Source of the DNA: Raillietiella orientalis | Taxonomy: Eukaryota | Direction of reading: 5' to 3' | Assembly (NCBI GenBank): GCA_036172245.1 | Contig: JAYWIR010000030.1 | Span: forward strand, 1,364,001-1,428,000 | Length of the DNA: 64,000 nt | In this document: positions 1 to 14,900 of the stretch, piece by piece | How positions within the stretch are numbered: position 1 is the stretch's first letter | Layout of the letters: each line of letters opens with the position of its first letter | The notes under the pieces: model-generated | Seen by the model: only the letters and a program-made list of their open reading frames with translations | Databases searched by the model: none | Told to the model about the DNA's origin: nothing | Translations under genes and position numbers: made by a program

Positions 1-104
1 GTCTGTCTCTCCTTTTCCTGTGCTGCCGAGCGAGCCACACTGGCCTACATGCCAGATTCCGGCAGGTTCCTTCTCGTATTCATAAGTAACGTGGCAGGAT
101 CAAA

Positions 105-347
105 CGTCCTGCCACAGACATATAGGTTTAGAAATAAAACGCCCCAGCGTGACCGGATGTCAACCAGTGCCACACACGAATGGACCAACCAGCATCATCT
201 TGCAAGGGGGACTCAAAATCCACAACGCCTCCCCCCCCTTCATCCCTCACCCCATCCTCTCTGACGTTAATCCTTCACATGAGGATTCGAACCCGCAACG
301 CCTGGTGGCACGCGCGAAGATCGCAGCTACGCGGCCGCCAACGCGAA
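105..347 (-). mobile_element. 5' part of another diverged copy of the tRNA-headed element
   Basis: Minus strand has gcgttggcggccgcgtag...gcgttgcgggttcgaatcc (B box). The + strand aataaaacgccccagcgtgaccggatgtcaaccagtgcc matches the reverse complement of 26672-26710. Confidence 0.7.
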
Positions 348-3300
348 CGGAGAGACGTCCTCAGGATGCACGGCCCTGCACTGGATCGCAGGAAATCCAG
401 ATATCCCTGATCCATCGTTTGCCAAATGAGTCCACGAGAGCCAACTCTGAGATGGTTCATCGTACGCAAGTTCAAGGAAACGATGAAAAAAAGTCCAAGA
501 GCAGAAAAGAACAAAAAGATGAACGTTTTTTCAAGTTTTGGCGAGGACATTTCTTCTTCCTCCGACGTTCTTTCATCGGTAAACAGCAGACACAGTATGC
601 AGAGATCGGAAGCCGCGACTATCAACCTCGCCTTTGAAGAAGAGGCTGAAAAGCTCAGCTTCCGATGGACCGTGAGCTGAGAGCCTGCTTCCGGGCTCGC
701 ACAAGGTGATCATCTCTCATGGGGATGAGAATCCAGATCTGCTAAGATCCCTTCGCTCTCGGAGCAATCTCCTTCTCCGCATATCTCTTCCCCATTTTCT
801 TTCCTTTTGCTCACAAGCTGTAGCGTCACAGGGGTGCTGTTTATCAAGGCTGCAGTTGCCGACTCTCTGGAAGATGTGTGCGGACATGCATACTCAGTGC
901 ACTTCACGTCTCCAAGACGTCACCAGACGGCTCCAATCTCCACTGAAGCTGACTTGCGAAAGTTGATTGAAATTGGCCGCGTCTCGCAGCATGATCTGAA
1001 TCAGTTGCTGCTCCGTCTGCAACTGCCCTTCAGGTCCCCTTCCGTTTGCCTCCGTTTGCGCTGCCTCTGGGTTGCAGGAGCATTTGCGCTCTGACAGACC
1101 TTCTCTGGCTCAAAACTCCTGACTGTAGGTGATATCTCGAAAATCGAGTCCCCCGATGCATCGACCACTTCTCAGACTCATCCACATCGGAAAAAGACTG
1201 ACGGAGGTGTGTGGAACGAAGATATTGGACTATCCAAGGAGTGAAGGGAATAGACGACAGCTCGCTTCAGAAGCAATCAACGAAACTGCTGAGGATGACA
1301 CGAGCTTCCAAATGAGGTCAGCTTGAAGGAAGTCAGAAAGGCATTCAGAAAGCTTGGATTTTCCCTGACTCGCTCTTCGGCAAAGGAAATTCATTTTTGC
1401 GGCATTAGCTATAGGACAATGAGGAGATCTGTGAGCTCAGCAGGATGGTAAAGAAGGGATAGACTTCCAGAATGGCCAACAAAACCACATCCCTACGAAA
1501 GTTTCTTTAGTCTCACTCAATGTCAGCATCTTTCAGTGCAGCGGATCTATCCTTTCTGAGAAGGAGACCTAAGAGTCCAAGATACTAAAGACTTTGCTTT
1601 CGTTTTTTTTTATTTAAGTGAAGTGGCACTGACCTCATGGCATTCGAGGTTTTCTTTCCCTTGCATTCCATTTCACAACCCTGAGGAATCGTATACCAGG
1701 AGAGAAGGCGAGGACAACTCCTGCTCACGATCTGCTGATGAGTATTTTTTTCGCCTTTCTTTCACCCAAATCGAAAGGAAGTCGAAACAAAACAGTCTTC
1801 TCTCGGTCTCGCAATCAAAACCAACTCAGCATCCGGGATCGGAACAGGAGCATTGTCCTTCTAAGGAACAGGGCTCTCCCATGAACTTTGCTCACTCCTC
1901 CCGAAGCCAGGCGAACCTTGAAATTATCCAGAAGGTCGTCAGATGTGCTGATCCCTGTTTTGACAGCAGCTTTCTCCTGGAATCAAATTCTCATTCACGA
2001 GATGAGCTAGAAGGGAACTCTTCAAATCCGTTTTCCTTTCAGAGAATCCATGGGCTTGCTCTGCCTACCCCCTGAGGTGATGAGCTATCCTTCAATGTCA
2101 CAGGTGCTTCCGTAACAAGACATATTGCCTTCGACCCTTATTTTCTTGATGCCCAGTGATCCCCCAGCCAGGCATATCTATGCAGCAGATGATCTGTAGT
2201 TTCAACTGTAAGTGGAACCACATGAATCCCACTCTCTCTGGAACATTTTCGCCAGAAGAAGCAAGCCAGCATTTGCGTTTGGTTGCCATTTCTTGAAGGC
2301 ATAACTCGAAGTGTTTTCAAAGCGCTGCCATCAAATAGGCACCTGCATTTCGTAAACCAAAGTAGCCACTCACATGCATTTTTTTGGAGGAGATTTTTCT
2401 GCCTGCTGTTGACCGAAGACCGTTTGAATCCTGTGCAAACCATGCGTTGTCTTCTTTCAGGACTTGGTTGTGTGGTAGGGAGTCCGTTGCGGAACGGCTG
2501 CTTGCAGACATTGCGCAACAAATCAATGGCTGAGCTGAGATTCCCAGCCTAACGGATCAGAACATCTTCCATGAGCTTCAAATGGAGACCGAAATAGCTC
2601 ACATCGTCTCACTAGCCAAAGCTGCTTACCTTAAAACTGTAAAAGGAGAAAACCTCTCTTTGCTTTCTTTAGCTGCAAAGGAGGCAACACTGGAGAGGTT
2701 CCGTTGCTTAATGGCTATTTTCTTTACTGCCATCCCTCATTTGATTGGCTTTCCTTGCAGTTTTCTGTTTGTGATTTCCTGGATCTAGGAAAACACTGAT
2801 ACTGAAAGCACCAGAAAGCAGCAGATGCCATGGTAGTGCAAACGGAGAAGAATGAACACATGATTCAGGAAATGCTTACCAGACTCTGCTGGTCGGTAGA
2901 AATAATCGCTGCAGGCTGGAAACCAAGGTCTCATGGTGTACCACAAAGGCAGAGGCTGCAGCTCGTGACACTGGTAAGAACATGGTAAGAACTGTAACAA
3001 CAACGGATAATTCATTCGTGTAGAATCTCCTTGACTTCCCATACCATCAAAGACCAACACTGCGACACATTCTGTAGTAACACATCCACGCGATCCCGCA
3101 TTTTGACGCGCTTGAATGTTCGTAGGTTCCTGGAAATTTTTCTTTTTCTTTTCTTTCTTTTTTGAAAGGTCAGCTGTTCATTTATTGGCAGTTCCTTGGA
3201 GTGTTGTGACTCCCTGGATAATCCACCAGAAGGGAGCTTGCGCTTGAGATTTTTGTCTGACGGGTCCAGCAACTAGAAAGTGGTCAGGTATTCGTCTCTG

Positions 3301-5298
3301 ACGATGCTGCTTGCATCTTTCGCGCAGTGCGTAAGGTCCTTCATCATGGAGTCGCTTCCCACGGTCTCGACGCAGACGGATTCCGAGCACTGGGAGAAAC
3401 TCTTTAGCAAGCTGCTGGTACGGCAGCTTGCTCGGTGGATCAGTCTTCTCGTCCACGCGGAAATGGACTCCAGGTGGACGATTGGTGGACGTTTCTTTGC
3501 CCTGCTAGTGCAGGCGGTGGTACCTGGTGACGGTGGGGGGAGCAGCCTTCGACCTCATGGTCTTTCCGTCAGCACACACCAGGACCGAGGTCATGAGCCT
3601 GATGGAACTGAATACCTGGGAAAATTTTGTTCAGAAGTCCAGTTTTCCATCCACATAACCGCCTCTCTTTCATGCACTTTTTCATTCAAACGATGGTGCT
3701 GCAAAGTAATTCTTGCTACTGCTGTGTTGGTACATAAAAGAATTTTTCAGTTCTATACACCTAATCTCTGCTACCATCTTCACCTTGAAGATGACATAAG
3801 GGCATTAGTGTGTCTTTGCGCTTGGATGATGGTGAACCACATCATCAACTTCTTGAAGATCTGATGAATGTAACACTGGCATTACCATCATGAGACCATG
3901 TTCCAGCATTCTGTTCCACTTCAAGTAAAGCTCTAGGTTCCGTCTTCCACGCCTTCTTCTAATGTGGGTTCATTTTCTCCAAGGAAAGTCCATCTTTTGA
4001 AGTGATGTAAGGGAGAATGTAATAAAGAAGTGATGATGATCATCATCACTGTTTTCGATCTGTTACCAGAATCGTACACTGTGGAGGGAAATTCCTTTCT
4101 CTAAAACTTTGTCACTGTTCTGTGAACTCCCAGTACCACCCTCAAGAGGGCCCAAAAGTTTGCAAGGAAGACTCGTGGAGACCTTCTTTAAAAGGCGAAT
4201 CTTCTCCAGGATCTGTCATTTACATTTCTCTCGTATAACCCTTGAAAAGCCACAGTCGGAGCGCCCATCAGATGCAAGAGCATGTAACCTGTCAAAAGGA
4301 CCTTGAGGTCTGATTTCATTCCTAAGTCTGAATGGGTGCGATCTTTAAAATCCTTGATGATCCAACATCCATCTACGGTGAGAGATGAAGGTATATCGGA
4401 AGATCTGGAAGAAGCGCCTCCCTTTTGCACATACCACATGACGAAAAAGGCCTGAGTTTTTATAGCAGTGGATACGAGCCTGAAATGCAGAGCCTTACTA
4501 ATTCTTCCTTTCTAAAATTTCCTCCTCTTAGATAGCTGAATCTTTCCTGATTGTTCTTGAATAATAGAAGAACGATTCCCTTCTCCTCTTGTCGTGCATG
4601 TACCAAAAAATGCCACTAGCATAGTGAACACCACCGATAAAATATGTTTGACGTAGAGGGATGGAAACTGAATAGAATGGCCAGCAGCTTCGATGCAAGT
4701 GCATCCCGAAAGAGCAAATGCCAAGTACATACGCATACGGAAATTTTTGAGCATTACGCCTACGTAGACTAATATGTACTAGTAGAGCCATCTCTCTGGA
4801 GTGAGCATACTGTACTGACATATTTGTTTCTTCAGTGTGAGAAGCATCAGAATTATGTTTGGAAATGGTGACAATCGTTCCATATGAAACTTGCTCTTAC
4901 AATAATTAGGAAAGCTAAATTTCCTATGAGGCTTCTTATTCGACAACGGTATTGAGAGCAAAAAAAAGCAGAGGATTCCATATCTGCCTTTTTGTATCTG
5001 AGAGTACAAACAAACATCCCAAGACGGTGCAAGTCCATCGTTTTAATTCTGGGTTCTTGATTGCACGTACGAAATATCCCAACGCCAAAGATGCAGATAT
5101 AATCCCAGCATGGACTGGATCATCCATGGATTGCAGCAATTTTTCTACATGAAGTACTTCGTGTCTGAGATTAGTCCGAAGCGAAATGTCATTTTTTCTT
5201 CCTTTCAACTCGTATTCGAGTAACAGAGAAGATCCATGAGTGTGTATTCTGAGGTTGTGGTTGTTGCTGGTGGTCGACGGAAGTGTGTTCTTGACAAA

Positions 5299-5716
5299 GC
5301 CCGACCGAGCGAGGAAAAGCCGATCTCCCGTTAGCTCCCGGCCACGGTGAGGAAACCACACTACCGTCTCCCGGCCAAGCCCGACCGGCCCGACCCTCGG
5401 GGCCAATCCTTCTCTCGAAGTTACGGATCGGGTTTGCCGACTTCCCTGACCTACATTATTCGATCGTCTAGAGGCTGTTCACCTTGGAGACCAGCTGCGG
5501 ATATGAATGCGATCCGGCACGAGATTCGTTCTACCTCACTTGGATTTTCAAGGGCCGAACGGAGCCTTCCGGACGCGCAAGAACCGCGTCGTTCTTCGGG
5601 AGCCCGACCCTCTCTCCCTACGAGCCGATTCCAGAATACGAGGCCATCCCTTATGCAGAAAAGAAAACTCTTCCCGGGGTTCCGAGTTCGACGTCTCCAG
5701 GCTCGTTCGCTTTGCA
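5299..5716 (-). rRNA. 28S: Isolated 28S (LSU) rRNA fragment, D7-D8 region; pseudogene
   Basis: The + strand matches the reverse complement of conserved LSU blocks: gccaatcct..cgaagttacggatc..ttgccgacttccct.acctacatt, agaggctgttcaccttggagacc.gctgcggatatg, ggattttcaagggcc, gaaaaga.aactcttccc. Flanks are not rDNA. Ends are approximate. Confidence 0.9.
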
Positions 5717-7300
5717 GCTTCCACCCAGGCTTCCATTGTCAACGGATGTCTTTGAAAATCATCTCCAAACGAGAAAAAACATTTCCCTTAAACTCCACTC
5801 AGTTACGCAAGCACGCATCTTCAGGGTTTGAGTATTGTGCAGCAATCCTCCGGTACAGCATCCGCGAAGAACGGAGACTATTGCAGACGGGCGTTCTGAA
5901 TCTTTATTGCTGGTCCACCAGTGAGTTTCTTTGGTCGGAGCTGTCCGAGACTGTTTCGGTGCTGAGGTCTACACGCAGCACCATCAGCTATGCAAAACGA
6001 TGCTTCACGTCTGTCAGTGCAACAGAAACCTGCTCGAGTTCTGCGTTGTCAACGATCCCACCAGGACTTATCCTTCAGTTCTTCTGAGGCTCCTAACTTT
6101 ACATTTTCTTCCAAACGCCCAATCCAGTTTTTTTTTTTTTTTTTTTTTTACAATCCAAATCAGATACAGCAGTGGGGTAAAACCTTTAACGCTCCTCTCC
6201 CCACGAAACTCTGCACATAAAATCTAAAGAGAATGATCAGTTCTGACGTGCTCGCAAGAAACTTTCTCAGTCGTCCCACATCTTAAGAACAAAAGCTTTC
6301 GTGAAATTGCCCGATCGTATCTGTGCTGCCAAATTCGTCTGTTCCACTCTTCCGTCAACAGGAAGAGAAGTGCACAAGCTGATTGCAGCAAACGATTGCG
6401 GGGAATGGCGTCTTCCCAAGAGGCTACCTCATAGGGATGGATGGGACGGTGAGAGTTGATGGCGCACCCTTCGAACGGTTCATGCAGGCCACTTGCAGCA
6501 ATTCGAGAAATTCCTCCTGAAATGAACGGAGTTGATCTCTGAATTCCAAATGATTTCCCAAGGGATAAAGCAAGTGCATTGGCCATTCGTCATAGGAAGG
6601 GAAAAAGAGGATTTGACTTCTTGTACGCGGTTAAACAGATCCCATCATCCTCATCCAATATATTTCCAACATCCGCTCGTTCAAAGGTAGAGTCGCCTGT
6701 TCTCAAGAAGCAGGTATAAGGCACAATCCTGGTGCCAATAACAGTCAGATGAGAGACAGCGTTTAAGGTCCTTTCTACTTCCTGGAATCTCACCTTTCCA
6801 GATTGATGAAGAACTTTCTAGTAAGGAATGCTACAATTTATCGATAAATTTCACAGATTTAACTGAACCGACACATCCACTTAAAAAAAAAAAAAAAAAA
6901 AAAAGCAACACCGAATAGAATGTTAAAAAAAAAAAAGAAATGAAAATACACCACAATCCAGCTTCTTTCAGGATTCTTTCAAAGATTCACACCAAACGCA
7001 TTTCTTAGACCCTTTAAGAACGGTTGCACTTTTCTTATGCAGATGACCTTCAAATGCGTCACCCCTTGAAAACTCAATACTTCTCAGGATGCTATTCTGC
7101 TTCGGAAGTCTCGTGCTCCCTAGATTTCCGCTCCTGTGTTTTCCCAAATATTCTTGGAGACTTGTGCTAAGATCTCGGTTTTCGTTTACTCCACTCCCAA
7201 ACGTCAAAAGGCGAGTTTCTTGGAGGTCGAAATTATTCAGGATCGATGCATTCTCGATTCTTACAGAATTCCATCCCACTTGGAGTCCTGAAGGAGTTTC

Positions 7301-8966
7301 CTTGGAAGAGCTCTGTTTATAGAACCGCCGAGAGGGAGTTTTCACCATAAAGGCAAACTGACCAACTTCCACGATGAAGAAAAACGGCACACTTGGGGGC
7401 GTTGTCCGAATCCCAGCACGCGCCTCATCTCGAAACTGCTGAAAGAACGCCTTCCGAACGGAGGAAGATCGCAGGCACAGGCAGAACGCAGGCACGTCGT
7501 GGCACGGAGAGACTTCAGCAGCTCGAGTGCGGACATCCAGCGCCAGCCCCTGCTCGTGGCTGACAGAACGCGTGGCTGCAACCGCGTTCCCAGCCGAGCG
7601 GCCCAGCAAAAAAAGAGGAAGAGAGCTCAGAAGAAGAAGCCGCCGTCCGTCTCACCAAGGTCGCACTTCTCCTCCCCGGAGCGCGACGCTCGCTCGCCCG
7701 CCTCGCCCGCAGCCTCGGGAGGCCCGAAGACGTCCTTTCCCTGGGTCGCCGCGCCCGCGATCCGTGCCGTGCCGCCGGTCCACGACCGCTCGCCACACTC
7801 TGTCATCGCTCACTCCGCATCCCCAGCGACGAACGTGGCGAAGAACGGAAAAGCTGAAGCGGCGGTCGCGAGGGCCGGGTGAACTGTCCACCCGTTCGGG
7901 CAACACCTTCTTCGTGATAAATGGGAATGTGTCCAGGCGGATACTCTGCAGCAGTTCCTGATTCCGATTTCTCTCTTCAGCGCTCCACGGGGGATGTGGT
8001 CAGAGCATCAATGTCTGCGACGACACGCTCCCTTCTTGTTTCGCCCTTCTTGTCGCGATGCTTGTGGCGAAGAGGGCGATCGATGGTGGTGCGGACCATG
8101 GGATGGCACCGCTCCCCTTCGAACCTTCCCGCCAAGGTGCTCGTTTTCGCCTGCGGGTTGGCCCACCGCCTCCGGCGTTGTCCACTCCTGGCTCAGCATC
8201 GGGAGACCGAGAACGCGAAGCTGGCTCCGCATGCCTTGCCGTCTTGGCCGTCACCCGTCCGATGCTTCAGTCTGGAGCCGCCGCTCGGCATTCCTGCACG
8301 CACATCAGCAGGTCATCCGGAGTGTCGCTCCTGCACATCGCCTGTGCCGACGGCTAGTTGGTTCGGCAGCGATTGGCAGCAGCCGTGTCGAGTGCGCCAC
8401 CCGTCGTCGCATCGCGCTTGTCAGCTCAGGCGCCTCGCATGGCTCGTATTGCTGTTCTTCCCATCCTCCCATCTCCTTTTCGTGATGCAGTCGCATTTTG
8501 TGACCGCTCATGGAGAACTGCCCGAGGTCGCGAACTTTTCGATCATCCACTTCCGTCGAAAAGCTCGCTTGTCCTCGCTTGTCTTTGCACCTTTGGAGCG
8601 GATGCTCTTCCTCTCTTCGCGACGCTTGCGGAAGCAATCCCAACGGAACCGAGGGACGGACTGCCGACCTGGAATGACCTGAAGCTCGCATCGATCCTGC
8701 CGACTCGGGCAAGGAGTGTTCGAAACCGCGGGGCCATTCCCGAAACCGCTGACGGTACTTGCAATGCCTTCAACAAGGCTGCTTGAAGGCAGCTGGTCAA
8801 CGGGGTGGAGAGCACAGGAATTCTGCGAGCAGATGAGAGTCTTTTGTCTGCAGACGACCTCGCGCGAGAGGCGAGCTACTTGAAATGTGCAGAAGGGTTG
8901 CTGCACGTGGGCAAAGAGAAGAAGGGAGCGTTGATGCTGCGGTGCGCGGAAACGGGAAGGAGGGAC
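7301..8966. repeat. 1,666-bp GC-rich segment, copy A of an inverted duplication (partner 32522-34187)
   Basis: Mirror-image ORF sets whose coordinates sum to 41488 throughout (no indels). Only about four substitutions are visible in the ORF translations. Confidence 0.97.
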
Positions 8967-11900
8967 GTGAGCCAGAGAGAAGAATCTATTTGCAATGCTT
9001 TTGCATGTCGGGAGTGCCATCGATGGTGCCGTTTGTTCAACGTTCCGCTTGGACACCGATTCCAACCATGCAGCCACGAAAGCCAATAGGATTCAATCTC
9101 TACAGAGCATCGTGGAAAATCGCAAACTTCAGGAATAGTTATCCAGCTGTCTAGAGCAAGACGGATACCATCGAAGCGTCGATGTGTGCACGTAAGCAAA
9201 AAGGACTCTCTGCTTTAACTTTTTATGGAGGAAGCGTACGTGGAGAGCTTTGTGCTGGATTGAGAAAAGTTTCGTTGATTAAGACTCTATTATGGAGAAG
9301 CTCCACGCAGTTTGGAGGCTGCGAGCAGTTCGCAGCATTCAGCCAAGGGAGTATTACTAAATGAAGCTGAGGCTTAGGTGTGATCTGACTCCACGAAAAC
9401 TGTTATTGCCTCCCTCCTGGAATCGTGATGAGGCATTTAGAATTTTCTTTAAGCGACTTGTTAATGAAGAGTAGTTGGAAAACATATGGATTTGAATATC
9501 CTCTTCCTTCTACGACTGCTGTGCATTTCTTTAATCTATTATGCTGATGGGCATGGATCCGAGAGGTAAGGAGTCGGTATAAAAATTTCTATCGTGCTCC
9601 CTCGCCCCTCAAAGAATACAGAAGCAACGAAAGCTGATGTGATTCCGAGATTTTTTTGTGGGGGGCTCTGCAAAGAGTCTTCAAGGGAGCAGTTCAATAT
9701 GTGAACGATTAGCGTGGATGGAGAATTCGAAGCTTCGAAAGTTTTAAACACAACAATTTGGTTTTTTCCGTCTCCAGAGTTCGTGTGCAATCAAAATGGT
9801 ACGTGTTCAGCACACCAAGAGTGTCGGGGAAATTTTCCCGCGTGAGAAGCCTCGCCCCATTGAAATAGATTTTTCTAAAGTGATCTGAAAGGAGGAGTCT
9901 GTCAGACATCGCAGGAGGCGTTTATTAATCATTTGAACACAAACTCGCTGGGAATGCTTCCAGGATGATTTAGCTGAGGTGATTCTCATTTTCTTGCCAT
10001 TCCTGCTCCAAGGTCAAAACAATTCTGTTCACTCCACGGATGTTCTCCTCGTTCACTCCGTTGATATTCAGCGTGCGAACCAACATACATCTTGGAAAGC
10101 CATTGCCTCCTGACAAGATCGAAGCGAACTATTAAAGAACAGGATATCTCAGGGGGGTGAGACGAAAATTTCATAAATAGGGCGGCGGACTCGAAAACTG
10201 GGGGTATCCCAAGAAATTCGACCACGGAGCAGGGAGGAAACGCAATGGAAAAGTAGCAGTATGGCGGACGAATTTTGCAATTTCGTACGCTAGCGACATC
10301 TATTCATCCGCGGATGCAGGATGTGCAAATATCCCTCGCGAGTTTGGTGAGTGACGTGGAAATCACTCCTTTCCCAGTTCTCTGAGCGGATTCGGAGGGA
10401 CGAACAGGAGCGAATGAGGTCGTGTGCGGTGAGCCTCTACCACTGCTCGGAGTGAGGCCTCCAAGTTCCGACGGAAGAGGCCACAGAAACCAGAGCTTAG
10501 AAGGGGGTAGAGAACGAACGAGTCGCAAAGCACCCGGACTAAGGGAGCCACGCCCTGCTGTGCTTGGGCAACTGTTCTGTTCAACGGAGAACGCCTCAGG
10601 CTCGCTGGTCATGGATTCGTTCACGCGGTGCTACTCAACTCTACTTCTGTCGATGCGCCAGCAGCGCCAAGCCATGATCGACCAAGGGCACATGACCAAG
10701 CGGCAACTGGAAGCCCTGGGCGAGGGAACTGCTGCAAAACATGGGAACGACCAATCAGCGTATTCCGGGATCAGATATAAAGCTGGTTCTTGGAGAAGGA
10801 AAAGGCACTTGTGCTGAACGCAATCTGCCCTGCGCATCTGAAGGAGGAGAGGTGACTAGTTCTATGTTTCGCCTCCAAAAGGGTTCCCGCAAAATCATAA
10901 GAACGTACTCCGGGATGTCAAGATTCGAGGAACGGCAAGGTACTGAGATGATTGGAGATTTCGTAGGACCAGGAGGACAGGAAATGGGATCTTTGGGGAT
11001 GCGCATCGGAAGCGTTGGATGGGTCGGCGTCGCGCCTAACAAGAGCAGTTGAGAGCAGGTGAGGAGTAGTCGCGGTCTCTTCTCGAGGACACCTTGAAGG
11101 GAATCAACAGGCAAGGAATGTGGAAGATGACCTTTATCTTATGCACCCTCCTTCTTCCACACGAGCGAAACCAACAAAACCGTGAATGAAGCGAAGGCGA
11201 ACTTCTTCTTTACGAGATGATGGCGACTCCCACCGTTTCCCGCCTCCCGAAAGGCGGTGGGCTGGCCACGCTGCGTCCCCAGCAGACACGGATCGCACCG
11301 TTTCACCTAATCCGCCTGCCCTTTCGATTGAAGGGCTGGAATTCGGGTCGTTGACCGAAGACCTTTTCTGGAAAGCAGAACGGCTCTGGAAAATGACTTG
11401 ACCTGCGCAACGTGGGAGCGATCTCCTCTTCCGCATAGGTACTCTTCGGGTGGTCAAGCATAGAAAATAGGAGTCAAAAACCGGGTTTCAGAAATTCATG
11501 AAGAAGCGAAGGAAACACAACCGTACGGTACTTGCAATAAAACTGTAGCAGTACATGGAAGCAAAATCGAGATTTACTCACTGTAGCATTAACATACGAG
11601 TAAAGAAGAAAAAAAAAAATCTGAAATGACTTGGATTTCTTGAACATCCCGTTCATCCGAAGAGATTAACTCTCTTCTATTTTTTCCTCTATTGTTCGCA
11701 TGCGTCTCCAAGCTTGAAAGAAACCCACATGTCAAAGTACGAAACTTGAGATGTACGTGCCCCATCCGTTGCTTCCTGTCCTTCACATCGCTCGAACAAG
11801 TGCCTTCGTCCTGGAAACATCTTGGATGTCTGTTAGGAGAGTGTTGCACCCATCGCAAAGACAGAAAAGTGCCTATGTGTGTGCGTGTATTGGATGGAAA

Positions 11901-14900
11901 AGAGCTCATGTCCAAAACCATAGACGAACTCACGATGAAGGATTTCATCTTTGCATGAAACGCTTTTTCATGGACGCATAAAGGCTGAAAGACCAACAGC
12001 TCGGGTGTGTAGAGAAAATATGCAAAGCCACGGCAACGCATCCTACGATAGACCATCACAGAGGAAATGAAAAGCATCCTCTACGCATCAACGGGAAGAG
12101 TGAATCTTAGTGTCTTTTGCAGCCGCCGACGGCGTTTGCCACATCTACTTTCAGATTCTCCTGGCATTCAAGATACACCATAAACAAAAGTGGGCGCGAT
12201 GGTGCCGCGGTCTGACGCACGTGAAACAGAATGTGCTGCCCAATGTTCACGACGCGTGGCCAAGAACCACACGCTTCGAAACACGATATTCATAATGAAC
12301 CACTGTGTTCAGGTGGTTCTTTTGTCGGAGGGCTGAAGAAACCTTTTTTTTGTTTTTTTTTTCTTCGACTAAAACTTGAGAACCTCCACAGCGAGATAAA
12401 CAAGCGTGGGAATGAAAACAACGTAAGGTAAAAGATTTTGAATGAGAAGCTGCAAGGAGGTTCGCAAGAAGCGTTGCTGCTCACCACGGGTAGGCACGCC
12501 GAAATCTTCAGTGCGGAAGGGCCGGCGGTCTCAACAAGGGGGGGGAGGATGGAGGAATCGAGAGAAGATCCGAACTAGAATTTTCCATTTGACTGCACAT
12601 GGAAACCGTCCTGCTCCCACTTCGAGAGATGAAAGGACAAAACGCAGCGTGTGCGTTTTGCGTTTGGTGCGAGGAAGTTGGGTTCCTCGTGCGAAAAGGT
12701 GAACACGTATCTCAGCTGCAAGCACGCAGATGAACGCTCATTGGACACCTGCACGCCGTGAAGCAAACTCTTTGAAGATCTGCTTGTGTGCAGCATTTCT
12801 CTCAGTGCGAGAGATCCTGAAATCCGTTTGACCTCGCAAAAATAAGGCAAACTCGAAATCCTTCCCCTTGCGAGAAAATCGCACCAGATTTCGAAACTTT
12901 TCATAACATTTGGGTCCAGGTTCTGAGGCCTTCTTTTGAAGGGCTGCAGATGACTTCCTTGGGGCAACCGGGTTCCCTGAGACATCATCTGTGAAGTCTC
13001 TGACACCAGGTTGCTTGACATCAATGAGCCTGTAGTTCTCTAGTGAGCAAAAGCAGAAAACCAAACACAGAAGTCGAACCTCGTTGTGTTTTGCAAGATA
13101 GCTGTTCGTGGGGCGCAGTTGCTTCCTGGTGTATCCTTTATTCTTCTTCAAAGTCTTCGGATCAAAGGGGAATGAAGTATCTGTCGCCTTCGAACCAATA
13201 TGTTCCGAGAATGGAACTCATATCGTTGAAACTATGAGCTGGGTGAATTCATGTGGTTACATGACTCACACTGTGGAGGACTTTGGTCTCCACGAGACGC
13301 AAAGAAACACTTTCATGGATCGATCGGTGCATGGAAGCAAAAAACATTTGGAAGGCGAAAAATCCTGACAAATAAGGAGTTATAACTTTCAGTTTGATGT
13401 TGGAAGTTCGTTGGAGCTTAATCATTGGTAATTTGAAATTTGAAGTCATTCAGTGACAAGGGTTATGTCGAAAGCATTTCCGGTTTCTGTCTATACACTA
13501 AGCCCACCGCAGGACGACTTGGATGCAGCAGCTGATGGTGCGCGAGTGCGCGAGGTAGAAGTAGAACGCCAATAGGGAGCATGAGGAGACACAGGGGCAA
13601 GCCCCTCAAGGACATCGCTTTCCAAACACCCCTTTGGATTTCCCTTCTTTTTTTTCCCCTTTCCGGCTCTGATCGTCTTCCATCCCTTGAAATCGATGAA
13701 CAGCAGTGTTTCTGCATTGTCTCCGGAAACTTCACTTCGCCTTCCTCGAAAGACGCATCAGATTGAACTGCCACATCAGGAGAGATTTCAAATTATCTCC
13801 TTAGCTGTGCTCTCGCCTTAGGGAAAGGAAAACGGCATCCCGTCTCTTGCGCCATGGATGGTTACGCTCACAAAAGAATTGCCATTTTCAGCATGCCTCG
13901 ACACGTCTGCTGGTGCTGCTCTAACGCGTTCCATGCCTTGCCCTGCATCCAGTATGCGCGAGGCGACAAATCGAATTACTTGAGAGGGAACGAAAGCACC
14001 GAGGGGTGATGCACTTGTGAAATTTGACTGCATTCGAAGCGATGGTTATTGACGAGATGAAATTTATCCTCGGGACTTTCGGCCTGCTCCTCCTCGCAAG
14101 AGCGAGGAAGAAACCTCAAGGAAATCCGAAACCACTGATATGAGTGCGTCGTTAGGAATCCATAACGGAAGCGCTTTGGGAGATGATTCATCCCGGTTCC
14201 TCTAGCAGAACGGATGGTTCTATCTCTTGTACATCGCAAAATTCGCCGTTATGCCGTCTCCGCCTTACTCCTCCAGAAGTTCACAATGCCTCAGGGAATC
14301 AGCGCGAAATAATCTGATTCGCATGTTTTACTGTCTTCTAAAACTTCCATAACTAGTCGGGTACGCAGCTGGAGTTGGAGAGGGTGTGCTGTCTTGGCGA
14401 GGAAATTCCGAAGCTCACATCCCGATAATTTGGTTTCTTGTTGGCGCACTTTCCTTGTCCCAGAGAAGGCGTGCAACTCCTCCATCTGCTCCGGATGACG
14501 TGTTTACATTTTACGAGGGGTCACCTAAGCTTTCGCGAGACGAGGCTTCGCTGCTCGGGGGTAAATTACAGGACCACGGGTACTCCCTCACGTGCGCGTC
14601 CGGAGAGGCCTTTTCGAAATACCGGCGGATTCTTGAGGAGTGGGGACGAGAATGTTTCCTCGAAGAAGGCCACCCCAGTCTTCTTCCACGGAGGTCCTCG
14701 CGAAAACTGCAAACCTGCGTGTGCCGTCGATCCTCGAAAGTATCCTCCGGAATCGTCACTTTGGACGCGAGCGACGTCTCCAAAAAGATTGGTTGTTTTT
14801 CAGGCCGAGTTCTTCTAAGAGGGCCCTATAAACCTTTCCCTTCGAGGTCCGTGCCAAGCAGGAACCATCAGGGAGAAAAAAAACAGTGATGCCCATCCAA

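Noticed and set aside
4512..5260. Hydrophobic minus-strand ORF pieces suggesting a decayed membrane-protein gene
   Set aside because: No recognisable family motif or consistent splice model.
14540..14890. Possible further distant copy of the tRNA-headed element
   Set aside because: Only a few short blocks resemble it (gaggagtgggga); no B box or TSD seen.
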